Notes under the pieces: model-generated
What the model saw: only the letters and a program-made list of their open reading frames with translations
Databases searched by the model: none
What the model was told of the DNA's origin: nothing
Part shown: in pieces, positions 54,509-64,000 of the stretch
How positions within the stretch are numbered: position 1 is the stretch's first letter
Layout: every line of letters starts with the position of its first letter
From: an uncultured delta proteobacterium
Lineage (GTDB): Bacteria; Desulfobacterota; Desulfobacteria; Desulfobacterales; JAHEIW01
Length of the DNA stretch: 64,000 nt
NCBI GenBank assembly: GCA_963706575.1
Contig: CAVPNL010000003.1
Span: forward strand, 288,001-352,000
Direction of reading: 5' to 3'
Translations under genes and position numbers: made by a program

Positions 54509-54682
54509 GTCCAGGCTCGTAGAATATAGTGTTCTATTAAGTGGTTATACCGCTTTTCATAATAAGGTTCCGAATTACGGAATTGCGGCATAAGTGGTTG
54601 TAAAAAAACGTTTGAATATCGGAACGTTTTTTTGACAGCCACTATATATCGTTGGAATTCTTTTTTTAACAAGAATTGTATA

Positions 54683-54707
54683 AAGGTGCCACTGAAAGTG
54701 GCACCTT
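54683..54707 (-). terminator. Hairpin after aapJ
   Basis: AAGGTGCCACT-GAA-AGTGGCACCTT. Confidence 0.6.
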
Positions 54708-54721
54708 ATTAAAATGAATAA

Positions 54722-55741
54722 TTACTTAAATGGCGGTGCATACATCAGCCCACCATTTTTCCATTGAGCATTCAAACCACGCTCAATTTTTAGGGGCGTA
54801 TCGACACCGACATTGCGTTCAAAGATTTCACCATAGTTGCCGACCTGTTTAATGATATTATAGGCCCACTTTTCATCCAACCCCAATGCCTTGCCGTTAC
54901 CTTCGCTGACACCTAAATATCTCTGAATTATGGGGTCCTTGCTTTTAGCCATTTGATCTACATTTTTTGAGGTGATTCCCAGATCTTCAGCCTCAATCAA
55001 TGCCAGAACCGTAAAATTAACAATATCATACCACTGGTCGTCTCCGTGGCGCACGACAGGTGCCAGGGGTTCCTTTGAAATGAGTTCCGGCAAAATAATG
55101 TAATCATCCGGATTGGGAGCAACGGACCGGGTAGAGGCCAACTGGGATGCATCCGAAGTGAGTACGTCACAGCGCCCGGCAAAAAATGCTTTGGCTAATT
55201 CAGGAGTGCTCTCGATAACGACCGGTTTCATCTTCATATTGTTGGCCCTGAAATAATCCGCCAAATTAAGCTCGGTGGTCGTGCCCGGCAATACGCACAC
55301 CGTGGCGCCATCGAGTTCTTTGGCGCCTTTCACACCCAATTTCTTGGGCACCAAAAAACCCTGCCCATCATAATAATTCACATGCACAAAATTTAGACCC
55401 AAAGCGGTTTCACGACCCAATGTCTGCGTACAGTTCCTCGTTAACACGTCGATTTCACCGGACTGCAATGCTGTAAAACGGGTTTTGGCTGATAAGGGTA
55501 CGAATTTTAATTTGTCCGGCACACCGAAAACCGCCACCGAGACCGCCCGGGCAGTATCGACATCAAGTCCGCGCCACACCCCTTTTTCATCCGGTTTGGA
55601 GAACCCAAACAAGCCTTCATTAACACCGACCGAAATAAACCCTTTGGCTTTAACATCGTCTAATGTGCCGGCCAGCGCAAAGCCGGCTGTTAGAACCACC
55701 GCCATTAAGACAACAACACATAATGTGAAACGCTTCATCAT
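54722..55741 (-). CDS. aapJ: Amino-acid ABC transporter substrate-binding protein
   Basis: Signal peptide; RFTALQSGEIDVL, ISKEPL, VGNYGE, GGLMYAPP. Confidence 0.9.
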   Translation of the reverse strand: MMKRFTLCVVVLMAVVLTAGFALAGTLDDVKAKGFISVGVNEGLFGFSKPDEKGVWRGLDVDTARAVSVAVFGVPDKLKFVPLSAKTRFTALQSGEIDVLTRNCTQTLGRETALGLNFVHVNYYDGQGFLVPKKLGVKGAKELDGATVCVLPGTTTELNLADYFRANNMKMKPVVIESTPELAKAFFAGRCDVLTSDASQLASTRSVAPNPDDYIILPELISKEPLAPVVRHGDDQWYDIVNFTVLALIEAEDLGITSKNVDQMAKSKDPIIQRYLGVSEGNGKALGLDEKWAYNIIKQVGNYGEIFERNVGVDTPLKIERGLNAQWKNGGLMYAPPFK

Positions 55742-56238
55742 TTTTCCTCCTCTTTTTTTGAATTAAGGTTTTCCCGGCGGAATTCATCAAGAAAACCAGA
55801 CCGCCGACGACAATTCTGGCTGGCAAATCCGAACGCTTAAATACCCCATTCCAGTCTAAATAGGCTCAGGAAATCCTAAACAGAAAAATGAATGCTCCTC
55901 ATCAATTAAACAACTGAAATTAAATAAAACGTCTATAGCAGAAAGAAATCGGGTTTGGCAACAAAAATATATGACTGAAAAATCCGCTCTCAGGTTCGAA
56001 TGTCAAATTTTACAATTGACATATCCTTGAATTTTTCTTATTAATTCAAGCGCATATTATTCAGATTATTTTAAGAACCTTTACAGTTAGCTCCTCGCAA
56101 ATATAGGCGTCTACTTCTAACTGAAATAATGCTAGATTTTTAACGTTGGTTGAAGAAAAACAACCCATTTGGGGGTGGTGTTAAGCGCTGGGAACCTGAA
56201 AAGGATCCGAATTGAGCCTGCCAAAATGCAAGGAGGAA

Positions 56239-56451
56239 ATGGTGAAGCGCGATCTAAACATCGAAGAATGGCAGGAACGGTCTCCCGTTGAGCGCCGCGG
56301 CGATCGGGACAAACGAAGGAAAAACAGCCAAAAATATTTTGCCGGCATCCTGGAAAGAAGAACCGGAAAAGAGCGTCGGGATATCACGGAGCGCAGAGAT
56401 CGCTGGTTACGGGTCGGTAAATGGCGCAGTGAGTCGGTTTTCGACGAATAA
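56239..56451 (+). CDS. Small Arg-rich protein with ERR/DRR repeats
   Basis: AAGGAGG RBS before ATG 56239. Confidence 0.65.
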   Translation: MVKRDLNIEEWQERSPVERRGDRDKRRKNSQKYFAGILERRTGKERRDITERRDRWLRVGKWRSESVFDE

Positions 56452-56565
56452 GCCGTGTGGGGAGACACAAAATTTTATTATAATTGTAAAATCTTTTTTA
56501 TATGATAACCAAGGGGCAAAGTCTTTTAATGACTTTGCCATTTTTATGACTGGGGGAGAAATTAA

Positions 56566-57106
56566 ATGATCACAACCGATGATACGGCCCTGGTGCTTAT
56601 TGATATTCAGGAAAAATTAGCTCGGGCCATGCACAACAAAGAGGCCTTGTTTGATAATCTCAAAAAAATAGTTAAAGGGGCCCGCATATTGGGGCTGCCC
56701 ATCCTATGGGCTGAACAAAATCCGGATGGTCTGGGACCGACGATCCAAGAGATTGCCGACCTCCTGCCGGACAAGAAACCGGTGAGCAAATTCAGCTTCA
56801 GCTGTTGCGGCAATGAATCGTTTATGAAAAATCTCAAAGCCGCCAACTGCAAAAACATGCTGGTTGCCGGTATTGAAGCACACGTCTGTGTTTACCAGAC
56901 CGTGGCCGATTTAGTAAATCTAAAATTCAATGTTCAGGTTGTCGCCGATGCGGTCGCCTCCCGAACTCCTGAAAACAGATTGATCGGCCTCGAAAAAAGT
57001 AAAGCCGCCGGTGCCGGCGTAACCAGTACCGAAACGGCATTGTTTGAATTGCTCAAAGACGCCACGCAGCGACCACTTTAAGGAAATTATTCAAGTGGTG
57101 AAATAG
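56566..57106 (+). CDS. Isochorismatase-family hydrolase (terminal frameshift)
   Basis: LIDIQE, EQNP.GLG.T, K..FSC, GIEAHVCV.QT. Confidence 0.88.
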
Positions 57107-57111
57107 TCGAT

Positions 57112-57777
57112 ATGAATTGGAATATTATATATGATTTTCTGACCGGCCCGGCACTCTGGTTTACCTTCATCTTTTTTAGCGGTGGCCTGCTGCTCCGAAT
57201 CGCCCTCTTGTTTCGGCTGAGCCTCAAAAAGGACCGGGTCATTTATAATCATTTCAGCTTTGGCTGGGGCCTGCGATCGATTGTTCAATGGTTAATTCCC
57301 TGGGCCAGTGCCTCTATGCGTCAGCAACCGGTATTTGCCATGGTTGCTTTTATCTTTCATCTCTCGTTACTGGCTGTTCCCCTGTTTTTGAGTGCCCACA
57401 TCCTGCTGTGGGATGAAGCTTTCGGCATCAGCCTGTGGTCCCTGCCCGATGTGCTGGCCGATGGGTTGACGCTGGTTCTGATTGGCGCTGCCGTCTTTTT
57501 ATTCATCCGCCGTCGTGTCAAACCCGAAGTTAGGATTTTAACCAGCTCATGGGACTATTTTCTGCTGATTATGACGACATTGCCTTTTTTAACCGGCTTT
57601 TTGGCATATCACCAATGGGGCCCCTACGAAGTGCTGCTGATTCTGCATATTTTTTTAAGCCAGGTTCTCTTGATCCTGATTCCAATAACCAAGCTGGGGC
57701 ATATGATTCTTTTCTTTTTTACCCGGGCGTTTATCGGCTTTGAGATGGGAGGACGCAGGGGGGCTCGCTCCTGGTAA
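57112..57777 (+). CDS. NarI-like membrane cytochrome b (HmcE/TmcC-like)
   Basis: TM helices with His (FH, AH, LH, GH), IP.TKL.H. Confidence 0.8.
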   Translation: MNWNIIYDFLTGPALWFTFIFFSGGLLLRIALLFRLSLKKDRVIYNHFSFGWGLRSIVQWLIPWASASMRQQPVFAMVAFIFHLSLLAVPLFLSAHILLWDEAFGISLWSLPDVLADGLTLVLIGAAVFLFIRRRVKPEVRILTSSWDYFLLIMTTLPFLTGFLAYHQWGPYEVLLILHIFLSQVLLILIPITKLGHMILFFFTRAFIGFEMGGRRGARSW

Positions 57778-57802
57778 TTGCACAAAAGCGTTTTGAAATC
57801 CA

Positions 57803-57890
57803 TTCACCACGAAGAGCACGAAGAACCACAAAGATAAAATAGAATTTATTAGATTTCTCCCTTTGTGTCCTTCCTGAACTTTGTGGTGAA
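57803..57890. repeat. Family-G hairpin element (CACGAAG/CACAAAG .. CTTTGTG)
   Basis: TTCACCAC..GTGGTGAA termini, ~9-nt units. Confidence 0.8.
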
Positions 57891-57940
57891 ATTTAAACTT
57901 AAAAACACATTTTTCCTCTAAATAAAGAATCGAGACTTTT

Positions 57941-59281
57941 TTGATGACAAGCCCTGCCGAAAAGAAATTTGAGTTTGAAAATCCTTCGGATTCTCCTGTA
58001 GATGTGAGCCGCGTGCGTCAAATACTGGCTGCCAACGATGGCGCCCGCATTCGAACCTGGCTGAGCATTTGCTCCCGCTGCGGGTTGTGCGCGGAAAGTT
58101 GCTTTGTCTATGTCAGCAATGATCGAGATCCCCGCCTGAGTCCGGCCTATAAATTCAGACACACACTCGGTGAAATGATTCGGCGCAAGGGCAAAGTGGA
58201 CCGCGCCTTTCTGGAAAAATGCTATGAAATCGCCTGGCTGCAATGCACCATGTGCAAGCGCTGTTCGATGTATTGTCCCTTTGGGATCGATGTCGCCACC
58301 ATGATCGCCATCACCCGCAGTGTCTGCCACTCTCAGGGGGTGACGCCCAAACAACTGGCCTTTTTTTCGGATCATTGCGATAAAACCGGAAACCACATGG
58401 GCATCCCGGTGGAAGAACTGGTCGATACGTGCGAGTGGATGGTCGAAGAGGTAGAAGATGATTACCGGGGGGTAGACATCCCGGTGGATCAGCCCGGCGT
58501 CAGGTATATGTATACCATTAATCCGCGAGAGCCCGTTTATTACCCCCAGGACATTTCAAACGCCGCCATTATCTTTGCGGCTGCAAAAGAAAGCTGGACC
58601 ATTCCCACTTTCGGCTGGGATTGCACCAACCTGCCCATGTTTGCGGGCAACCGCAATCTGGCCGGCAAACAGGTCAAAAATGTTTACGAAAAAGCCCAGC
58701 AGCTAAACGCGCAGTATATTCTGATTACCGAATGCGGACACGCCTATCGCTCAATGGCCTTCGAAGGACCCTATCTTGCCGGATACGCGGATGGCAAGCC
58801 GCCGGTGGAAATTGTTCATTACGTCCAGTTGCTCTATGAATACCTGCGGGACGGTCGCATTAAAATCGACCCCGACAAAAAAATCAAAGAACCGATCACC
58901 TACCAGGACCCCTGCAATGTATCTCGCAACGGCGGTCTCTGGGAACATGCCCGCAAAATCATACCCTATATTGCCGAAGATTTTCGAGATATGGCCCCCA
59001 ACCGCGAACATAACCACTGCTGCGGCGGCGGCGGGGGCATAATGCCGATGGGACCGGACTACAAACCCTTCAGGATGGCTTCCGGGAAACTAAAGGCCGA
59101 TCAAATCAAGGAAACCGGAGCCAAAATCGTGATCACACCCTGCCACAATTGCTTTGATCAAATCAACGATCTGAGTGAAGCATACGAACTGGGAATCACG
59201 GCGCTTTCCTTAAAAGAAATCATCGTTGAAGCCATGATCATACCCGACCACATGAAATTGGAGCCCCAAAAGGAAGATTGA
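57941..59281 (+). CDS. Fe-S/CCG-domain oxidoreductase (HmcF/TmcB/HdrD-like)
   Basis: CSRCGLCAESC, CTMCKRC..YCP, YQDPC, CCGGGGG, PCHNC. Confidence 0.88.
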   Translation: MMTSPAEKKFEFENPSDSPVDVSRVRQILAANDGARIRTWLSICSRCGLCAESCFVYVSNDRDPRLSPAYKFRHTLGEMIRRKGKVDRAFLEKCYEIAWLQCTMCKRCSMYCPFGIDVATMIAITRSVCHSQGVTPKQLAFFSDHCDKTGNHMGIPVEELVDTCEWMVEEVEDDYRGVDIPVDQPGVRYMYTINPREPVYYPQDISNAAIIFAAAKESWTIPTFGWDCTNLPMFAGNRNLAGKQVKNVYEKAQQLNAQYILITECGHAYRSMAFEGPYLAGYADGKPPVEIVHYVQLLYEYLRDGRIKIDPDKKIKEPITYQDPCNVSRNGGLWEHARKIIPYIAEDFRDMAPNREHNHCCGGGGGIMPMGPDYKPFRMASGKLKADQIKETGAKIVITPCHNCFDQINDLSEAYELGITALSLKEIIVEAMIIPDHMKLEPQKED

Positions 59282-59288
59282 TTTTTTT

Positions 59289-59351
59289 ATCACGAAAACA
59301 CGGAAATTAAAAAGCACGAAATCTTACTTTAGCCTTTCGCGCTTTCGTGAT
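59289..59351. repeat. Family-F hairpin element, copy 2
   Basis: ATCACGAAAACAC..AAAGCACGA..TTTCGTGAT. Confidence 0.8.
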
Positions 59352-59383
59352 TAATTTTTCCTGTTTGGCTCAGCCTGCCCGGC

Positions 59384-60154
59384 TTAAGATTGGAAACTTG
59401 CGATTAATGCGGCCCCTATGGCCCCGGTTACCTGGGTCTTTTGCGACACCTCAATGCCATACCCGGTTTTGTTTTCCAGAGCCTTGACCACCCCTTTGTT
59501 TTTAGCGACCCCACCGGTCATCATCAAAGGCGCTGACAGACCGATGCGACCGGCCATGGCGACCACCCGGGAGGCAATCGATTCGTGGATGCCGGCAATG
59601 ATATTTTCTCTTTTCTCTCCTTTGGAGATAAGAGAAATCACTTCTGATTCCGCAAAAACGGTACACAGGCTGCTGATTTTCGCCGGCGTGTCAGCTTCCA
59701 GCGAAACCCCGCCAAAATCATTGATATCAACTTCAAGTGCCCGGGCCATCACTTCCAGAAATCGTCCCGTACCGGCCGCACACTTATCATTCATGGCAAA
59801 ATCCTTCACGCCGCCATTTTCATCAACCACGATGGCTTTGCTGTCCTGACCGCCGATATCGATAATCGAGCGCACGGCCGGATTCAGATAATGGGCACCA
59901 ACAGCATGGCAGGTGATCTCGGTAACCGCCTTGTCGGCGAAGACAACACTTTTGCGACCGTAACCGGTTGCAATAATTTTATCTACGGCGGACGCTTTTA
60001 TCCCCAGATCGGCGATAATGTCTTGATAGACTTTCGTCCCGGCGTCCTGCGCATTATAGCCGGTTAACATCACCCGGTCGGAAATCAGGTTGCCGTCCTT
60101 AACAACAGCCGCCTTGGTCGTTATCGAACCCACATCGATCCCCACTGTAATCAT
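59384..60154 (-). CDS. 2-hydroxyacyl-CoA dehydratase activator (HgdC/BcrA-D type ATPase)
   Basis: GIDVGS, TGYGR, DIGGQDSK, MNDKCAAGTGRF, CTVFAESE. Confidence 0.92.
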   Translation of the reverse strand: MITVGIDVGSITTKAAVVKDGNLISDRVMLTGYNAQDAGTKVYQDIIADLGIKASAVDKIIATGYGRKSVVFADKAVTEITCHAVGAHYLNPAVRSIIDIGGQDSKAIVVDENGGVKDFAMNDKCAAGTGRFLEVMARALEVDINDFGGVSLEADTPAKISSLCTVFAESEVISLISKGEKRENIIAGIHESIASRVVAMAGRIGLSAPLMMTGGVAKNKGVVKALENKTGYGIEVSQKTQVTGAIGAALIASFQS

Positions 60155-60182
60155 ACCTTCACCTCACGTGTACCCAATCATA

Positions 60183-60311
60183 TGGCATAGCGCATAGTGC
60201 AGGCGCATGGTGTTAAAAAAAGATTATTTGAAAGAAAAGTGCATTGATTGATAGCAACTCTCGCAGTCAACATTTTTTTGCGCTATGCCCCATGCCCCAT
60301 GCGCTATGCCA
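60183..60311. repeat. Family-J heptamer hairpin element (GCATAGC .. GCTATGC/CCCATGC)
   Basis: TGGCATAGCGCAT / ATGCGCTATGCCA termini. Confidence 0.85.
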
Positions 60312-60376
60312 AATAGAGCTACATAGATCTGATCACCATGCTACGATACCTATCCCTGAAATCTGCAGACCCGCAA

Positions 60377-61621
60377 TCACTTCTTATTCTTTAGGACCTC
60401 CATAAATGCATCAATGCGGGTCTCAATCTGGCTTTCGGAAAAACTTCGTTCATCAACCATATCGGCCTCAATCAGCAAGGTCGGGATGCCTCTTTTTTGC
60501 TGAATGATTTTCTGGATATCATACTGACCGAGCGAGTAAGGTTTGCAGCTGCGGTTGGAATGCATCACCAGGCCGTCAACTTCATATTTATCGATCATTC
60601 CCATGACATTTTCAGCCATTTCATCAACGCTGATATTCAGGTAAATGCGGGCATAGCCTTCTGCCATCGAATCCAAAAAATTGTCTTCCTTAAGATATTT
60701 CAGTGAGCTGCACCAGGCCGATGTATAGGTGTCCGCCACCAGGCAGGCGCCTTGAGCGGCAAATTTTTCAGATAACCAGCGCGTCCGATACCAGACCGGC
60801 AGGTTATCCCATAAAAGCCGATACTTTTCATCCGGTACCGCACCGATTCCAGCGCCAACCCGCTCTTTCATTTCTTTTAAAAGCGCCGTGTAATAGTCAA
60901 TCGCAACCTGGGTGCCGCGCAGGGTCACGATTAAGGCCAGGTGAAAAAAAGCGTCAAAGGCGCTCATCGGTGACGGCCTGTGAGTGGTGGTGTCCAGCAC
61001 CGCCTGCCACAAACGCTGGCCCTCAATGGCCAGTCGGCCGACTTCGGCCATGCGGTCTTCGTCTGCTTTCTTGCCACAGACCTTTTCAAGAAATTCCACA
61101 TATTCGCTGATCTGTTCGCGCACATATTTTTTGGCGTCATCTGAAAATTCGGTGTGGCAAAAAGGTGTGTCCAGAATAAACAGCGGCACATCATAAAACC
61201 GCGCCTGAATTTCGTACCATTTGAGAACCGTCCCGCAGATATTGTTGCAGCAGACCAGCATGTCCGGCCGGGGCAACCCGCCGATCGGCCCCCCGTCGAT
61301 CGGCGCGCAAGCGATATCCGCACGCGCATACGAGCAAAGATCTCGCGAATACCCCATGGCCTCCGCCTTTTCGCAAAGATCCACGCCCATTTTAGCGGCC
61401 CCGATCATGGCGCCGTGATTTTCCGGATACACCGGAATGACATCCATGGCAATGAGGGGTTCCACCGGACCGCCACTGGTAATCCAGGCTACCTTTTTGC
61501 CTGTTTGCTCGGCGGTCTTGGCCTCGATGTAGTACTCGGTCATGATCTCTTTCATCTGCTTTACGCACTTGATCTTGCGTTTTTCCAGCTCTAGATCTTT
61601 CCCCTGTTTTTTTTCAGACAC
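60377..61621 (-). CDS. 2-hydroxyacyl-CoA dehydratase subunit (HgdA/BcrB-like)
   Basis: YPEN, DLCSY, NNIC, NRSCK, TRIDAF.E. Confidence 0.85.
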   Translation of the reverse strand: MSEKKQGKDLELEKRKIKCVKQMKEIMTEYYIEAKTAEQTGKKVAWITSGGPVEPLIAMDVIPVYPENHGAMIGAAKMGVDLCEKAEAMGYSRDLCSYARADIACAPIDGGPIGGLPRPDMLVCCNNICGTVLKWYEIQARFYDVPLFILDTPFCHTEFSDDAKKYVREQISEYVEFLEKVCGKKADEDRMAEVGRLAIEGQRLWQAVLDTTTHRPSPMSAFDAFFHLALIVTLRGTQVAIDYYTALLKEMKERVGAGIGAVPDEKYRLLWDNLPVWYRTRWLSEKFAAQGACLVADTYTSAWCSSLKYLKEDNFLDSMAEGYARIYLNISVDEMAENVMGMIDKYEVDGLVMHSNRSCKPYSLGQYDIQKIIQQKRGIPTLLIEADMVDERSFSESQIETRIDAFMEVLKNKK

Positions 61622-61645
61622 ACCTATTCCCTCACGTTAAGCGCT

Positions 61646-62764
61646 TTAAAGAAGTTCGATGAACGCTTCCAATCTTGTCCTTAATTGTTCTTCTGAAGTC
61701 TGCTGATCTTCTATCTCCAGTAACATACTGGGAATTCCGGCTCGATCCAATAATTCCTTTATATACGGAAAATCAAAGGCATGCGGATCACAAAATTTCA
61801 AAAGAACAAAGATGACCCCCTGGGCTCGCGTATTTTCTACCATTTTTAAAAGACTGTCACCCCGGCTGAAACAATCGCGGTGTTTGGCCGGACAAATGAT
61901 ACGATTAAAATAGCGCTGTCCGATGGAATTCAATAGATCCCCTTCCGGATCTACCGTTCCCTCAAAATAGCGTGATCCGGTGCAGAGATCATCCCACACC
62001 ACGGTTCCTCCGGCATCTTCTATTGGCTGATAGATCTCCGGCATGCTGCAGATACCACCGGTCAGCACCAGTCGTTTCTCCGCGGTATCGGTTTCTGGGT
62101 TTTGGGTTTGCAGCAGATCAACAACCGCTGACAGCCTTTCGGCTAACTCATTACGGTCCATCACCATCGAAGCCTTGACAATCGCGTGAAGGTCACGGCT
62201 GCTCATCGTTCCAGAATGATCTCTTCTGATTTCATAGATGCGCTGTAAACCGGTTCGAATTTGATTAAAGGTTTGAATGGCTTTCGATAATTTCTCCGGG
62301 GTAATTTCAACCCCCAGCCCGGCCTCGAGATCGTGGTGAAATTTTTTGATGACTGCCTGCATGTAATCTTCAGCGCTTTTGGTATTTAATTTGACCGGCA
62401 GCACCAGATCCAGATGTAAGCTCAAACCGGCATTTAATCGCCAGATGTCGGATAATCTTTGAATGGAATCGCAGGTATGCGGAAAAACAGTGCCGTCTAA
62501 AAAGTCCAGCTTACCTGTGAGCGCATCATCCAGGGCGCCGCGAATGAGGCTGCAGCTGTAGGCCTGAAGATGGCCGTCGGCTCTGGAAACCGCACCGCCG
62601 GCGCCCAGTATCCGATACGGAAGCGCACCGGCAGCCCATATAATTTCTTCCGGTGCATAAGAGCAAAAATATCCGACAACTCTGCCCTGGGTCTCTGCTT
62701 TCCAACTTCTGGCGTAGCCGATCGGATCGTTGGCAATATCATGAAATTGTTTTAATACTTGCAT
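61646..62764 (-). CDS. 2-hydroxyacyl-CoA dehydratase subunit (HgdB/BcrC-like)
   Basis: FCSYAPEE, HTCDS, DDLCTG.R, KFCDP, TRLEAF.E. Confidence 0.85.
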   Translation of the reverse strand: MQVLKQFHDIANDPIGYARSWKAETQGRVVGYFCSYAPEEIIWAAGALPYRILGAGGAVSRADGHLQAYSCSLIRGALDDALTGKLDFLDGTVFPHTCDSIQRLSDIWRLNAGLSLHLDLVLPVKLNTKSAEDYMQAVIKKFHHDLEAGLGVEITPEKLSKAIQTFNQIRTGLQRIYEIRRDHSGTMSSRDLHAIVKASMVMDRNELAERLSAVVDLLQTQNPETDTAEKRLVLTGGICSMPEIYQPIEDAGGTVVWDDLCTGSRYFEGTVDPEGDLLNSIGQRYFNRIICPAKHRDCFSRGDSLLKMVENTRAQGVIFVLLKFCDPHAFDFPYIKELLDRAGIPSMLLEIEDQQTSEEQLRTRLEAFIELL

Positions 62765-63029
62765 TTCCTGATGCCTTCTATGAAGAGGTCTTCAACGTCA
62801 AGATAGTTATCATGAGAGAATTTGCTACGGCAATGGTGATCTCTTTTCATTATTTTTGCTTGACTCTGATACAATGTAGCTTTAATGTAGCTTTATTAAA
62901 TATTGGTTTAGATTGCAATCTTTAAATTAAAAACGTAATTTCAATTAGTTATATAGCGGTATAAATAGCTCTGTGTTAAATCGAAAATACGTCTGAGGAT
63001 TAAAAACCAAAGCGAAGAGGCATTTCACC

Positions 63030-63233
63030 GTGGCGAATGCAAAAAATCAAAATAAGAAACCGGTAGCGGTTAAAAATGATTCCGCCGCTGAATCACCGAA
63101 TAGCAAGGTTAAATTTGAAATATACGGTGAGGAAATGATCGAAAAGCGAGTCAAGTCCAGTGGCAACAGCGGCAGGGTTTATCTGCCGCCCAATTGGGTC
63201 GGCCACAAGGTGAAAATAATCAGAACCGATTAA
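63030..63233 (+). CDS. DUF2080 family small protein
   Basis: EKRVK.SGNSGRVYLP..WVG.KVKIIR. Confidence 0.75.
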   Translation: MANAKNQNKKPVAVKNDSAAESPNSKVKFEIYGEEMIEKRVKSSGNSGRVYLPPNWVGHKVKIIRTD

Positions 63234-63259
63234 TCTTTCCATCGATAAGGAATTTGCCC

Positions 63260-63697
63260 GTGGATAATTTTCAAATAAGACGGCTAAGCGTTGAAGATGC
63301 AGAAGAGATCACCCGGATTTACGCTGAGATTACGCGGCGGCCGGTTGAACCGGATTTTAAAAAAGTTGTCGAAGAACATGCCCAAAGCGAGGATGAGGCC
63401 TGTTTCGTTGCCGAACATCAGGGCAAGGTTGTCGGGTTTATGATCAGCTACATTCTGACCGCGGGATTTGGTGAAACCAAAAGTGCCTGGATTGCCACCT
63501 TGGGAGTCGACCCCAATTTCATGGGCCAGGGAATCGGCGCCAGCATGGCCAAAAAAATATTTGAAATTTACAAGGCCGCTGGCATAGAAAACGTCTACAC
63601 GACGGTCCGCTGGGATTCAACCGATATGCTTTCCTTTTTTAAAACCCTCGGATTCGACCGCAGCAAGTTTATCAACCTGCGAAAGGTGATTGATTAG
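63260..63697 (+). CDS. GNAT N-acetyltransferase
   Basis: FVAE..GKVVGF, LGVDP..MGQGIG, FFK.LGF. Confidence 0.85.
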   Translation: MDNFQIRRLSVEDAEEITRIYAEITRRPVEPDFKKVVEEHAQSEDEACFVAEHQGKVVGFMISYILTAGFGETKSAWIATLGVDPNFMGQGIGASMAKKIFEIYKAAGIENVYTTVRWDSTDMLSFFKTLGFDRSKFINLRKVID

Positions 63698-64000
63698 AAC
63701 AGCCCCGCTTTGCCTTTAAAACGATGGAGACTATTGATTTCAATTCCAAGAAGTTCTGAAATCCTGAATTTTGCTTCCATTCCCATGGCAAGGCCGGGTT
63801 GAGGATTAATTAGACCCAATTGAAGATCTTCTCTTATTTCAGCCATTATGACAGGGTCCGTTAAATCTCTTAACGAAACCCCCAGCTTATTGGCCACAAA
63901 ATTTTTTGCATCCTTTATCCTCATTCCTCGGGACATTTGCATACGGGCAACCAGATCTCCGGCTGCGCGTAATCCGCCCATGCCCGAAACAACGCCATGC
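63694..64000 (-). CDS. mtbB: Dimethylamine:corrinoid methyltransferase, C-terminal part
   Basis: SGMGGLRAAGDLVARMQ...MRI..AK..VA.KLGV...DL.D..IM.E.REDL.LG resembles the MtbB C-terminus. Confidence 0.75.
   Translation of the reverse strand, partial: HGVVSGMGGLRAAGDLVARMQMSRGMRIKDAKNFVANKLGVSLRDLTDPVIMAEIREDLQLGLINPQPGLAMGMEAKFRISELLGIEINSLHRFKGKAGLF

Overview
Bacterial chromosome window, most consistent with a Desulfobacterales/Desulfobacterota genome. This is inferred from gene content: Hmc/Tmc-like module, AOR, MtbB, and the sigma54/sigma28 motifs. About 8 conserved genes carry single frameshifts, which suggests an error-prone assembly. Layout: flagellar-regulon-like glycan and signalling genes (0-5 kb); housekeeping genes (PBP1A, argA-like GNAT, radC, gpsA, gyrA, thiolase, rarA, der; 5-22 kb); a mosaic accessory island (22-40 kb) with AOR, a molybdopterin oxidoreductase, acs, two AmiS/UreI channels, aliphatic amidase AmiE, an IS1595 and an AmiC-sigma54-activator fusion; a MoxR/DUF58/SpoIIM/RDD operon behind a sigma28-like promoter (40-51 kb); an Aap amino-acid ABC transporter; an Hmc/Tmc-like pair; a 2-hydroxyacyl-CoA dehydratase cluster; and the 3' end of mtbB. 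The most striking unexplained signal is a set of more than a dozen intergenic hairpin elements whose inverted arms are built of 7-10 nt tandem repeats, in several unrelated sequence families, some nested. One copy carries an intact four-helix-bundle (23S-rRNA IVP-like) gene. A neighbouring copy keeps only the first 16 codons of that gene. Together these point to a transposase-less, intervening-sequence-like mobile element that sits at operon junctions.
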